A stretch of 64,000 bases of DNA from positions 108,996,001 through 109,060,000 of the forward strand of contig NC_043002.1 in assembly GCF_006345805.1 (NCBI RefSeq), given 5' to 3'. Origin of the DNA: Octopus sinensis. Its lineage: Eukaryota. This document shows, piece by piece, positions 23,493 to 37,079 of the stretch. The position numbers and the translations under genes are program-made. Every line of letters begins with the position of its first letter. Positions within the stretch are counted from its first letter, which is position 1. The notes under the pieces are model-generated. The model saw only the letters and a program-made list of their open reading frames with translations, ran no database searches and was not told where the DNA came from.

Positions 23493-23882
23493 TATATGTA
23501 TATGAGGCTGAAGTTGTCTGTGTGTGGCAGGTTTGGTAGCCTTCAACTAACACTATCTCCTCCGAGACCTTGCAGCGCAAGTTGACCAAAATTGAGAGTA
23601 TGATAGAAGAAGGCTTGCTCTTCATTCCATAGAAGATAAAATTGAAGTCAGACCATGTTAAGACCAAAAATTATTTACATCAAAACGGTGATTTTTTTCT
23701 ATGAAAATCCCTATTTTTTACGATTTTTTTACTGCTGTGTCGCCATTTTTCAGTGTATTTCAACCAGAAAATTGTTCACTTAAAGAAAATAGCAAGCTAC
23801 ATAATGCAAAATTTTTACTTTTCAAAAATTCCAATTCTAAAGGGTCAAAACAAACCCGAGCAACGCCAGGCAATACTGCAAG
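23493..23882 (+). mobile_element. Second Helitron-like family abutting the first
   Basis: Different body but the same 3' end type (ACCCGAGCAACGCCAGGCAATACTGCAAG|T). Confidence 0.55.
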
Positions 23883-23883
23883 T

Positions 23884-23935
<52 letters not shown>

Positions 23936-23949
23936 TATATATACATGTA

Positions 23950-24298
23950 AGGTGCAGGAGTGGCTGTGGGGTAAGTAGCTTGCTTACCGACCACATGGTT
24001 CTAGGTTCAGTCCCACTGTGTGGCACCTTGGGCAGGTGTCTTCTAATATAGCCTTGGGCTGACCAAAGCGTTGTAAGTGGATTCGGTAGTTGGAAACTGA
24101 AAGAAGCCCATGTGTGTGTTTTTGTGTCTGTGTTTGTCTCCCCAACATCGCTTGAGAACCAACAATAGTGTGTTTACATCCCCATAACTCAGCAGTTCAG
24201 TAAAAGAGACTGATAGAATAAGTCCAGGGTCGATTTTCTCGACTGAAGGCGATGCTCCAGCATGGCCACAGTGAAATGACTGAAACAAGTAAAAGACT
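23950..24298 (+). mobile_element. tRNA-derived SINE, family B
   Basis: Head GGTGCAGGAGTGGCTGTGGGGTAAG...GGTTCAGTCCC, CCTTGGGCA core, ...GAAACAAGTAAAAGA tail. Confidence 0.85.
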
Positions 24299-25926
24299 AC
24301 ACATATACATACATACATATATACACATATATAAAGTTAATCCAAACAAGAAAGCACAAAAAAACACAACGCTAGGACGTGGAACAAATATAGTATTATT
24401 GGACGCTCAGGAAAGAAGGAAGCGGAGCTCTTCGTCGGAAACATAGAAGGAAATATACATATATATATATCATCATCATCATCATCATCATCATTTAGCG
24501 TCTGCTTTCCATGCTAGCATGGGTTGGACGGCTCAACTGGGGTCTGTGAAGCCAGAAGGCTGCATCAGGCCCAGTCTGATCTGGCAGTGTTTCTACAGCT
24601 GGATGCTCTTCCTAACACCAACCACTCCGCGAGTGTAGTGGCTGCTTTTTACGTGCCACCCGCACAGGTGCCAGACGGAGCTGGCAGAAGGCCACGGACG
24701 GATGGTGCTCTTTACGTGCCACCGGCACGGGGGCCAGGCGAGGCTGGCAACGGCCACGAACGGATGGTGCTTTTTACGTGCCACCGGCACGGAGGCTAGT
24801 CGGGGGCACTATGACCTGGCGTTGTTGGGTCTAGTGCTAGTCAAGCATATTTGGTCTTTCATGAAAATCCCTTTCTCTTGTCATTCACTTGGTCTAACTC
24901 ATTAATTATTCACTGCATTTCTCAAATCAAAAAAGCATGCATGTTTGAAAGCCAAAACACATGATAATGCGTCTTCACAAAGCACAAAAATGCACAGAGT
25001 CATACAGACTGTCTGCAAATGCACACGTGCGTCCAACTGTCAGGTGTAAAATTTTACCATTTTACCATTTATAGATATAGAGATTTTAAGCAAACGTTTA
25101 GAAATTCTCTGGGAAACTGGAAAATCCAGAAATCCGGGACAGTTCCGGTCCTAAATTGGATAAATTGGTCTGGTACAGTATTGAGGTGTGATACATAACA
25201 AAGGGAGGAAAATGCAGAGTTTTAAAGAGTTATTTCCCTTGCTATGGTTTAATATCTTTAGATTAAACTCCTGGATTAAGTGAGTTACGTCCCTTGTATT
25301 AAAGACTTTTGTTACCTGAAACATAAGTTTTTTAAAATGGCTTTCAGAGGTAACTGGGAAATGAAAAGATCTTCACAACCAGCCTTGGACGGTTTTGAAT
25401 GACCATAGAAAGTGCGAGCCCTCTAACTGAAAAATTGTGGATTTGTATAAAGGACACTTACACACACACACACACACAGATATTTTGCCATTTATATATA
25501 TAGAGATGCTTATATACATGTATATATATGTATATATACACACTAAGAATACATACAGACATACATACATGTATGTAAACACACACATCACTACCAACAT
25601 TTTAACATCTGCTTTTCCATGCTTGCATGTCTCGGACAGAGTTCATAGAGGTAGATTTTCTGTGGTGAGATGCCTTTCCTGTTGCCAACCTTCACTCGTT
25701 TCCAGGCAAGATAATATTTCCCTCAAGGCCAGACAGATTTTCACAGAAGATTATTGGAAATGAACGACACTGCTTGTATAACAGTGACACTCATTTACAA
25801 CTATCATGAAACGTCAAGACAAGGACACACTAACATATACTCACACACACATATACACTTATATCCATATATATATGTATATGTATTTGTATATGTATAT
25901 ATATTTATATATATATTTAATCAATA

Positions 25927-26702
<776 letters not shown>

Positions 26703-26712
26703 CATACACATA

Positions 26713-26932
26713 GGCGGCGAGCTGGCAGAAACGTTAGCACACCGGCCGAAATGCTTTGCGGTATTTCGTCTGCCGTTACGTTCTGAGTTCAAATTCCGCC
26801 GAGGTCGACTTTGCCTTTCATCCTTTCGGGGTCTATAAATAAAGTACCAGTTACGCACTGGGGTCGATGTAATCGGCTTAATCCCCTTGTTTGTCCCCTC
26901 TATGTTTAGCCCCTTGTGGGTAGTAAAGAAAT
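26713..26932 (+). mobile_element. Family A SINE
   Basis: Full consensus-like copy. Confidence 0.9.
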
Positions 26933-26984
26933 ATATATATATACATATATGTATATATATATGTATTTCAGAGAATCTAATTCC

Positions 26985-27290
26985 CGTGTGCTCTTAGTGC
27001 TTATTGTTCCTGCACATCTGCCACATACAAAGACTACTTTATCTGTTAACCTACCTGTGATACCACTGCACTTCTTATGTTTCCATAATTTACACTGGGT
27101 GCAGCGAATGGAATTTCTTCCAACTCCTTTCCTACATATGGAGCAGGGCCATTTACCTGATGGAAAGAGAGTTTTATCTCCTTTTATACTAACAATCTCT
27201 TTTGTCTTTGGTTAACTTTAAGGCCCTTTGATTACAGTTCTGCTAAAGATTCTGCAATAAGAGCAAGATCATCAGCAAATATCTGTGCAA
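26985..27290 (-). mobile_element. RTE-like LINE RT fragment
   Basis: Minus-strand translation gives FADDLALIAES (RT catalytic motif) and GKWPCSICRKGVGRNSIRCTQCKLWKHKKCSGI. Confidence 0.8.
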
Positions 27291-28689
27291 TGTAAATAAT
27301 GTACACAATTCTTCATCTCAAAAATATAGATCACCTAAAGCTGCATCCTAACATCATCATCATCATCACCATTTAATGTCCGTTGTCCATGTTGGCATGG
27401 GTTGGACAGTTTGACTGGGCTGGCATACTAGAAGGCTGCGCAAGGATCCACTCTGATTTGGAATGGGTTTCTATGGCTTCTGTGTCAGTGGCATGTAAAA
27501 AGCACCCACTACACTCTCAGAGTGGTTGGCATTAGGAAGGGCATCCAGCTGTAGAAACACTGCCAGATCAGATTGGAGCCTGGTGCAGCCTCCTGGCTTC
27601 CCAGACCCCAGTCGAACCGTCCAACCCATGCCAGCATGGAAAACAGACGTTAAACGTTGATGATGATGATGATGATGATATGTCACAGAGGCAACGACCA
27701 TGACCTTTGGCATTATGTTGTGGCTGGGAATATAACCCATCAAGCCAAACAAAATCACTGTTGTGGCAGAGACTGGTGACACACAAATTGGCACCTGTAC
27801 TGGTGACATGTCATGCAAATACTGTTGGCACATAAAAGCACCCGTTACACTCTCGGAATGGTTGGCGTTAGGAAGGGCATCCAGCCATAGAAAACCATGC
27901 CAAATCAGACTGGAGTCTGGTGCAGCCTTCCAGCATGCCAGCCCAGTCAAACTGTCCAACTCATGCCAGCATGGAAAGTGGACATTAAATGATGATAATG
28001 ATGATGAATATATGCAATGGGCTTCTTTCAGTTTCTGTCTACAAAATCCACTACAAAATCCTGAGGCTATAGTAGAAAACACTTGCCCAAGATGCCATGC
28101 CATGGAACTGAACCGGGAACCATGTGGTTTGGAAGCAAGCTTCTTACAATACAAGAGGGGTTTAACCCCCATTCATGTTCCTTTTTCATACCTATGCTGC
28201 ACCTACAAGCAACCCTGAGTCTGATTTAAGGTTTAAATGGGATTTAGTGCTGACATGTCTACGGTATCCTACCAACACGTGATACCTTCATACTTGTTTT
28301 ACCCTACTGTGAGCCTGTATTTAGCTATTTCTGGTGGCCTACCTGTTGATAAGTGTACCTTCTAAGGAATTCTATAACCAATCTATATATATCTGTATGC
28401 GTGAATGTCATTTCTCAGTTTTATTTCAAGATCTCTTGTCAATAGAGAGCTGGTTTCTAACCTAGATCTGAGGGACCTTCACTGGAACTTCAACATTGAC
28501 AGGGTTTTTTTGTATGTATGTATACATGCAGATTTGTATGTTTTTGATTTATGTGTGCGTATGTCTGTCTATATGTATGTGTGTATACATACATGCACAC
28601 AACACACACACACATATATGTATGCTTGTGTGTGTGTATGTGTGTGAATGCGCGTGTGGTGCATTTTCTTATGTACTTTAACGATATAA

Positions 28690-29014
28690 GGAGCACTCCG
28701 TCGGTTACGACGACGAGGGTCCCAGCTGAGCACTCCACAGACACGTGCACGTAGTTCTCGGGGATATTCAGCGTGACACAGAGAGTGACAAGGCCGGCCC
28801 CTTTGAAATACAGGTACAACAGAAACAGGAAGTAAGAGTGAGAGAAAGTTGTGGTGAAAGAGTACAGCAGGGATCACCACCATCCCCTGCCGGAGCCTCG
28901 AGGAGCTTTAGGTGTTTTCGCTCAATAAACACTCACAACGCCCGGTCTGGGAATCGAAACCGCGATCCTATGACCGCGAGTCCGCTGCCCTAACCACTGG
29001 GCCATTGCGCCTCC
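28690..29014 (-). mobile_element. Family C SINE with internal deletions
   Basis: Homologous to 16509-16891. Confidence 0.85.
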
Positions 29015-29223
29015 TCATAAAATTAACGTGCAAGTGACTGAGCAATCCACAGACACGCGTACCCCTAACGTAGTTCTCAGGGAGATTCAGCGTGACACAA
29101 AGTGTGACAAGGCCGACTCACTTTTGCCAGCTGAGTGGAATGGAGCAACGTGAAATAAAGTGTCTTGCTCAAGGACACAACGCGTCCTCGTGAGCCGAAA
29201 GCCCTAACCATGCGTCTTTACAA

Positions 29224-29257
<34 letters not shown>

Positions 29258-29448
29258 TTTATGCGAAAATGCACGACGCACACAGTTTATGTATTACAAA
29301 ATCAGTATTATCTTTATTTTCCACCGATGTTTCTTTGTTCTTTTCATGCTAATCTATTTTCTGTCGAGGCGTGTGTTTACTTGACAGGACGCCAAAATGC
29401 CTTTGAAAACTGATATCTCTAAGCAAGTGCTACTGAGGAAAACAAAAA

Positions 29449-29493
29449 CATAGCAACCGACATCACCCGGTCTCGTACCTCACGACCGGAAGT
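29449..29493 (-). promoter_or_regulatory. Putative leftward promoter: ETS site and RFX half-site
   Basis: CCGGAAGT at 29486-29493; CATAGCAAC at 29449-29457 (GTTGCTATG on the minus strand); unique CpG-containing context. Confidence 0.4.
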
Positions 29494-29782
29494 CATCGAC
29501 TTTTGTTTGTTATTCGAGTAGTGTACGTATAACAACAACAAAAAATATAATGAATTGTTTAATTCAGAGTGAAACCTTAGGTTTTTTTTTTACCAGGTTA
29601 CAGAGTATAAAATGCCATTTATATTCATTTTAAAGACTGTACTAAAGGAAGAAAAATAATATTAAGCAGCAGGAATACTATAGAATCTGAGTTCTCAGAT
29701 CGTCTCTTTACAACTGTACAATATATTTTAACATTATATTATATTATATTGTATATATATATACACCCACACACTCATTATA

Positions 29783-29843
<61 letters not shown>

Positions 29844-30308
29844 ATATAATGTCATATTCCTGAATCTGCCAGTTGACTACGAGAAGCGTATTTTTGTTTT
29901 TAAATTAAAACTAACCAGCAACTAGATGTGGGTTTACCAAAACCTAAATCTAATAAATGAATACGGTAAGGGGTTTCCAAATTATCGTCTTTGATGAGAG
30001 TCATTTGTATATTAGGGATTTTAAAAATCTTTTTTCATTAAAAGTTTTTAGTGGAGACCTTTTAAATATTTTTAGTTACTTTTAAAGATATTTGATTTGT
30101 TTATTTTAAACTTGGAATAAAGCTACATTATTTTATTTAAATTCGTTAAGAAAATACCGAATATACTTTAAATAAAACAGCTACTAACGATGGAAGCGAT
30201 ATACAAATGATTTCTTTCTTTATAATTTCAGGGTTAAATTGAACTTTTTGAATGGATATTTGACGTTTGAATGTAAACGAAACCGGGTGGAGGTGAGGTA
30301 AATATTAA

Positions 30309-30381
30309 CCAATGGGCATCAATTATTTGCTGTGAGTGCGTTTCTACAATAGCAGAGCCGCACTTCCGTTGCTATGTAGAT
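30309..30381 (+). promoter_or_regulatory. DNAAF2: Putative DNAAF2 promoter: CCAAT, ETS site and RFX X-box-like site
   Basis: CCAAT 30309-30313; CACTTCCG 30361-30368; GTTGCTATGTAGAT 30368-30381, 125 nt upstream of the ATG. Confidence 0.5.
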
Positions 30382-30505
30382 TTGATGGTACCTTAGAAGA
30401 CAAACAAAATCTGACACGTTGAGGGGAAGACAACAGACTATTTTTGTTGAAGATTGCCTTGTTATGTTGTAACCCCGTTATTATTTTCACAGTATTCGTT
30501 AAATA

Positions 30506-32236
30506 ATGTCTGGGGAAGATCGCAAGAAGCTCGATATGACTCCAGAGGAGATGAAACGGTTCGGGGAGGCGATGAAAAAGGAAGAATTCAGAAAATTACT
30601 CGCAGAGTATGCCGAAGAAATATCAAATCCTGAAAACCGCAAAAAATATGAAGAAGAGATTACGCAACTAGAAAACGAAAGAGGTATGGATATAAAATTC
30701 ATTACTCCTGAACCCGGCCATGTTATAAAATCACTTATTAATAACAAGAAAAAGGCTTTTATAAATATCTGCAAAAATGAAAACATTGGGAAGCCAACAT
30801 TTACTAAAGAGAATGGCCCTGACCGTTTTGGAATCAACTGGGCAATCCCCCATTCTTTAGCTAGACCTCGCGAAGACTTCGATCTCAAAGGTGAAAAATG
30901 CTTTGTGTATGATGTCGTGTTTCACCCGGACACTTACCGAATGGCACAGTCTAACTCTAAGTTTAAAAAGCTTGTACACGATACAGCGATAGAAGCCATT
31001 GAGGAACATTTTAATGTCACATTGGATAAAAAGATAAGTACACCCAAAGTGAAAAACAATTTCAAAGGAGTTAGAACCCCTACTGTGGTTCGAACCCGGC
31101 GAGAAGATGGATCGACCAAAACCGCAGACGACTCTGACAGCATTTTGAACAGTATGCCTTATCCATATGACCCTAATAAGACAACCAAAGAATTAACTGA
31201 GGAATGGGTGGAAAAAAAAGGTAAAACACGCTCGTCCAAGAGACTAGCTGAAGCTAAGAAGAAAGATGCGTCAGAGACAAAATCCTCAAAATCAGAAACT
31301 GAATCCAAAGAAACATTACAAGAGGACCAGACTGAAGGAACAACCGTTTCCACAGAATCCTCAGCTCTTCCGAGTTCCCCTGCCGTTCCCAAGTATTGTA
31401 TTTTACATCGTTCTGCACTAGATATCCAAGACTTTTCAAACGTCTCTGATGCAAAGTCTAGTACCAGACCCAAAGAACTTGTTGTATCTATTGACTTGCC
31501 TCTATTGAAATCTGCAAATACCATTGATTTAGATATTGTTGATAATCACATTATGTTGAAGTGTACAACCCCAGCATCATATGAACTGGATCTGAGGTTA
31601 CCATATCCAGTTGATGAAACTAATGGCACTGCCAAATTTGATAAGTCTAAAAGTGTATTAAATGTGGTACTTCCTGTGATTGCTGCTCAACCGGAGAATC
31701 TACCTTTTAGTTCAGTTCCCAGTTACGCAACTTCAAGTGACAATGAAGCCGATGTGGATCGTGGCAACTCGGTAGATGAAGGTTCTGAACAATGTGATTC
31801 AGAGATTTCTGTCCAAGAAAATGATGATGCCAACGTACAGCCGAATGATGTTGCTATGACTCCTGAAACGGGTATAGATGAGGACAACTCAAATTCTTTG
31901 TTTTTCTTGCCACTGTGCCAGCTTCCTAATTTTCGCTATTTTCAAGATCAAGAATCGGTCACCTTTGTTATTGATGTTGCTAATGTCCTTCCAAACAGTA
32001 TTGTCCAAAAACACCCAGAGCCTCACCTCTATGACATAATGTTCTCTTCTCAAGGCTCTGGCTGTTTTCCATTGTATTATCGTCTCTATATTGAATTCCA
32101 CCAGGGTTGCTCAGTGTGTCCTACTAATGAAACAGACGTGTCACCTAGCAATCTAGTTGTGCTGTTACCAAAGGACAAACAACATTGTAGCTTGTGGGAA
32201 GGTTTTTTTGCTTCTTGTGATGGCAACACCTTTGAG
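30506..32236 (+). CDS. DNAAF2: Kintoun / dynein axonemal assembly factor 2, large first coding exon (577 codons)
   Basis: N-terminus EEMKRFGEAMKKEEFRKLLAEYAEEISNPENRKKYEEEITQLENERGMD, PIH1-type domain (FINIC..WAIPHSL..YDVVFHP) and CS-like domains (RPKELVVSIDLPLL..LPYPVD..AKFDK); phase-0 donor GAG|GTAAGT at 32237; the unspliced ORF runs on to 32296. Confidence 0.93.
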
Positions 32237-32605
32237 GTAAGTTATCGTGATTTTTATAACTTATTAGATACCGTATGCAAAAAGTGTTTTGAGTGATTTA
32301 ATGAATCGCAAAAACAATTTAATCATAATTACATGAAGATTATTATTATTCTCTTTTAAAAACATCCAGTTGCATCTTTTTAGACCATCAAATCCCACTG
32401 AACTTACCTGCTATCATTATTATATCAGTGGATTGTCTTCTCCCCCTCATTCTCTCTGACCCTCCCCCTTAACTGCTCTCTTGTCAGGTAAGTGAAGTAG
32501 ATATATTTTTTGCAATGTCTTGAGTGACCAGCATAATGTCACTGGTAGGTTACTAAAATTGCTCCTCTCCATATGAGAAAATGGCATCCTGTTCATTCAC
32601 ACTAT

Positions 32606-32829
32606 TTAAACCTTTTGTTACCAACCCGACTGAAACCGGTTCTGGCTCTGAGTACAAATATCTTGTTTCCATAAGTTTTGAATTAAAATCTTCCACCAAA
32701 CCTTAGTCACAATTTATGTTCCTAACACTAGCTGAATGATAAGTTATTTTACTAAATTCTTTGTTATATATAAAGTAATTGAAAGAAACACAGAGCATCT
32801 CAAAATAAATACAGTAATGAAAGGGTTAA
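32606..32829 (+). mobile_element. piggyBac-like MITE family 2
   Basis: Homologous to 14088-14314; TTAA at both ends. Confidence 0.85.
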
Positions 32830-34789
32830 ATGCAACTTGTCAACAGCAATAATTACCATCATTATCTCCTTAAATTTCTAAGTTTTCAGAATTCCTTTAT
32901 ATCCTTCATTTGCTGCTGGCAGCATTTACCAAAACATGCCGATAACCTCAGCCATCTAACTGTACAAAATGTCATATCATATCTGGACACACAAGCCTAT
33001 GTGTGAGCATTCATCCAACTAGAACTTATCATCATCATCATCATCATCCAGTGTTTTAAAAGGGGTGGCCGGATCTCCCTCAATGCCATAGCAACTGCCC
33101 TCACACCATCTCGCTGTCTTGCTCAGTGTTGGACGTCCTCCCTTCTCAAGCCAACCCTCCTAATCTTTTCCTCCACGTTTTCCTCGGTCTACCTTGCTTT
33201 CTTGGTCCATTTATCTCAAACTCAAGCACCCTCTTCAGAACATGTTCCTTATCCTTCCTCAACACATGCCCATTACCACCGCATTCCATTCGCCCTTGCC
33301 AGCCGTTCCACTGAGTCCTCCAACCCCAGCATCCCCATCAAATTCTCAGTCTTCCTCTTATCAAACAGCTTCACTCCACACATTTCTCCCACTATTGCTC
33401 TAGCAACCAAATTTCCCTCAAACCACTCACTACTATTTTACATAAATTTATATAAAGAATATCCAATATATTCTTGTCCTTGATATACAAAAGATCCCCC
33501 TAAAGGTAAACTATCATTGTTAGGGCTGACCTGGGTCTCAGCAAAAAAAAACCCTGGGTACATTGTTGGGTCAGTTGCTTATTATTTTCAAAGATGGTTC
33601 TAATTCAAAGCTACTCTTTTTCCAGTTCTTCTGCTATGTCCTGGGTTCCCAGCGACCCTACTTTCCAAATATCCATTCCCATTCTATTGACATTCTGAAT
33701 AATTAAATTTCTGATTCCTATCTTTGTCAGAATCCAGTTCGTCCTTCATATTCCCTTTGACTCTGAATCATTCCATATTCTTTTGTAAGCATCCTTTACT
33801 TTCGAAGTGATTCTGTCACACACCTGAGCGCTGGTAAAAAAACAAGTTCATTCATCATCATCATCATCATCGTTTAACGTCCGCTTTCCATGCTAGCATG
33901 GGTTGGACGGTTCAACTGGGGTCTGGGAAGCCCGAAGGCTGCACCAGGCTAGTCAGATCTGGCGGTGTTTCTACAGCTGGATGCCCTTCCTAACGCCAAC
34001 CACTCCGTGAGTGTAGTGGGTGCTTTTTATGTGCCACCGACACAGGTGCCAGACGAGGCATTATTATTCTTTATTTCTCTATCGTCAACGAACAAGGCGG
34101 TGCTCCAGCATGGCCGCGGTCAAATGACTGAAACAAATAAAAGAGAATAAAAACCTGCCTCTTTTTGTCCTAAACCTCTTCTAGTGACATCAAAATCTTG
34201 ATTGATGTTGAGTAAGCTCCCTTGTTTTAGTACTCCTGAAATACTTTTTACTGTTCAGGTGGGGATAATCAACAAAAATAAATATATATAATACTGTATT
34301 AATAATAAATTAAATTATAAACAGAAGTTGTTTTAAATTGTAAAGTTTTCCACCCTCTGGTAATTGGGTGGGATATGACATATTTAATAGTAAATGGATC
34401 GTGTGAATTATGAAGATGTTGTGTAACCCAGGTGAGCCCTAGTTGAGTAGATCTATGATGAACAAACAACTTTTCTTTCAAAGCCTTGCACATATGGGAG
34501 TACATGATCCAATGTGCCCTTCATATTTTTTAAAGATAGCAGGATGAGATTTGAAGGAGATTTAGCAACTATTTGTAGAAAATTGAATGCAGTATAGAGG
34601 CTTATTAATTTTTTGTGAATTATTTGAATAATAATAAACTTATTGTACACAGTGCTGAGATGCACTGCAACTTATCAGAAAAAGTGAGCAAAAGTGCATG
34701 TGCTGTGCATAGAATAATGCATGGGAAGTGAACCCTGAACGAGTCATTTGAAAATAGAGGGGTAGGGGATATCAAGTGTATTGTTGGCG

Positions 34790-35390
34790 AATTTTAGGAA
34801 TCTTGGAAGTTTTGAAGGATGTCATTAATATGTGCAACAAACATCGGGGATCCAAGAATGGATCCCTTTGATACACCAAACGTCAACTCATAGAGTGAAG
34901 AATGTGGTCCTAGAACTGTGATTGCCTCTTTTTGCCCAAATACGACAGACTTCAACCAGTTATGAAGATCCTCTTTCACACCCATTGCAGACAGTTTTGC
35001 CATAAATCATTTGTGTGGCACAGAATTGAAGGCTTTAAGCAAAGTCAAGATAGATAACATCCATCCATGATCTGCCATCAATGATTCGGGTGGTGTCTTC
35101 AAGAAACTCAACGAGTTGGCCACGGCAGCTGGAGTTGAGGGTAAATCCAAATTGTGAGGGTTGAATAAGGCTGTGAGAGTTCCAGAAGTTTCAGACAGTT
35201 TTGGTTAACGCAGAACTCCATCAGTTTGGGGATGCAGCTAGTAAGACTGACTGGACAATAGTTGACAGGTGATGTGCAATCATTCTTTTTGAACAGAGGA
35301 ATGAGGCTAGCAATTTTCCACTGCTCTTGGCTGACACAATTATTAAGGCAGAGTTGGAAGAAGAATGAAAGCTGGTGCAAAAGAAAGAAC
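34790..35390 (-). mobile_element. CR1/L2/Jockey-group LINE RT relic
   Basis: ORFs give WKIASLIPLFKK..PVNYCPVSLTSCIPKLME and FGVSKGSILGSPMFVAHINDI (RT subdomains); frameshifted. Confidence 0.8.
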
Positions 35391-36004
35391 CTGCTGTGTT
35401 AGTATTAAATATATCTTTATGTTGATAGTTTTACACTGAATCCACCATAGGTTCTCTTGTTATCGTCTTCATCTAATACCAGTTTTCATGCTGACACGAA
35501 GAAGATGGTTTGACAAGATTTGACAAGCTGCAGTATGGAATGAAGTTCCAACATCAACTTTGGCATGGTTTCTGCAGTTGGATGTTTTTTGTCATGCCAA
35601 CCACCTTATAAAATGTACAGGGTGCTTTTTTTCTTGGCACTGACACAAATGAAGGTCACTGAGTAACTTAAAAGACTCATCAATTGAGTGGATGCGTATC
35701 TGAGAGACGGTCAGTTGGTTCATGCCAGCAGTTGGAGGTCCAAGTCTAAAGTATGGTAGAGGTGTCTTGTTATAGTGAAGATAATGATGTTAGTGACAAG
35801 GTGCCAGAGTGTAATGTCAAGGTATAAGAGAGAATACAGGCAGAGGATCAGGAGTGAGGGTGATTAAGTTCATAATAGAAGAGAGTAACAGATGGCTGGA
35901 GATGAGGTGACCATAAAATATCCACAACGTTTTACATCTAGTTTTCCATCTTTGCATATGTTGGATGCAGGGCTGTGTAGTCAGAGTCATGGAGTCAGAA
36001 ACAA

Positions 36005-36226
36005 TTAACCCTTTAGTGTTCAGATTATTCTGGCAAAATGATGCTTGTTTATTTATATTGTGCTGAATTAATCATCCATCATCTTGTAGTTTAGAGATTT
36101 CAATTATGTAATTGTTTAGTTTTAAAATGACAGGGTAGATGTGAGAGGCCTTATCTGCTCAGTTTCAGTATAAAACTGGGGGAATATTTTGGCTGGATAT
36201 GGCCGGTTTGAATGCGAAAGAGTTAA
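36005..36226 (-). mobile_element. piggyBac-like MITE family 1
   Basis: Reverse complement of 2294-2521; TTAA termini. Confidence 0.75.
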
Positions 36227-36594
36227 GGGATAGCTAGAGTCAGAGTCAGTAAAACTATACCAACTCCGATTCCAACTCATAATATCTTTATTCTTTAATG
36301 TAAACCAGTTATAATATAAAGGCCTACTCAAAGTGCTAACATATGCATATGCTTTATGAGGTATGTAGACAACAACCACTTAATTACATAAAGAGGAGTC
36401 AGAGGGGCAAATAGTAGAGGAGCTGGAGTCAAAGTTTTTTGTTTCAACTCCCCAGCCCTGGTTGGATGGGAATCTTCTTTAGCATTGCATCGACCATCAC
36501 CACTTTACTTCTACTTGCTTTTCAGTCATCAATTTTTTGGTCCTCTTCCACTTGGATTGTCTGGCATGTCTTCCTTTATATTCATCATCATCTT

Positions 36595-37079
36595 TTAACC
36601 CTTTCAATACCAACCTGGCTGAAACCACTCCTGGCTCTGTAGTACAAATGTCTTGTTTTCATAAGTTCTGAATTAAAATCTTCCACAAAACCTTAATCAT
36701 AATTTATGTTCCTAACACTAGCTTAACGATAACTAAGTTATTTTCCTAAATTCTTTGTTATATTTAAAATTAATTGAAAGAAACACAGAAAATCTCAACA
36801 GAAATATGGTAACAGAAAGGGTTAAAATATATAATAGAGAAACAATTCTTAACCCTTTCAACACCAACCCGGCTGAAGCCACCTCTGGCTCTGTAGTACA
36901 AATGTCTTGTTTTCATAAGTTTTGAATTAAAATCTTCCACCAAACCTTAGTCACCATTTATGTTCCTAACACCAACTGAATGATAACCTAGTTATTTTAT
37001 TTAATTATTTGTTATATTTAAAATTAATTGAAAGAAACACAGAACATCTCAACAGAAATATGGTAACAGAAAGGGTTAA
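36595..37079 (+). mobile_element. Two adjacent piggyBac-like MITE family 2 copies (36595-36825 and 36849-37079)
   Basis: Each has TTAACCCTTT...AAAGGGTTAA ends; 23-bp spacer. Confidence 0.88.

Noticed and set aside
30499-31524. Antisense ORFs over DNAAF2
   Set aside because: Shadow ORFs of the real coding strand
32370-32459. Candidate DNAAF2 exon 2 (LHLFRPSNPTELT...*)
   Set aside because: Weak acceptor, weak similarity and an early stop in low-complexity sequence
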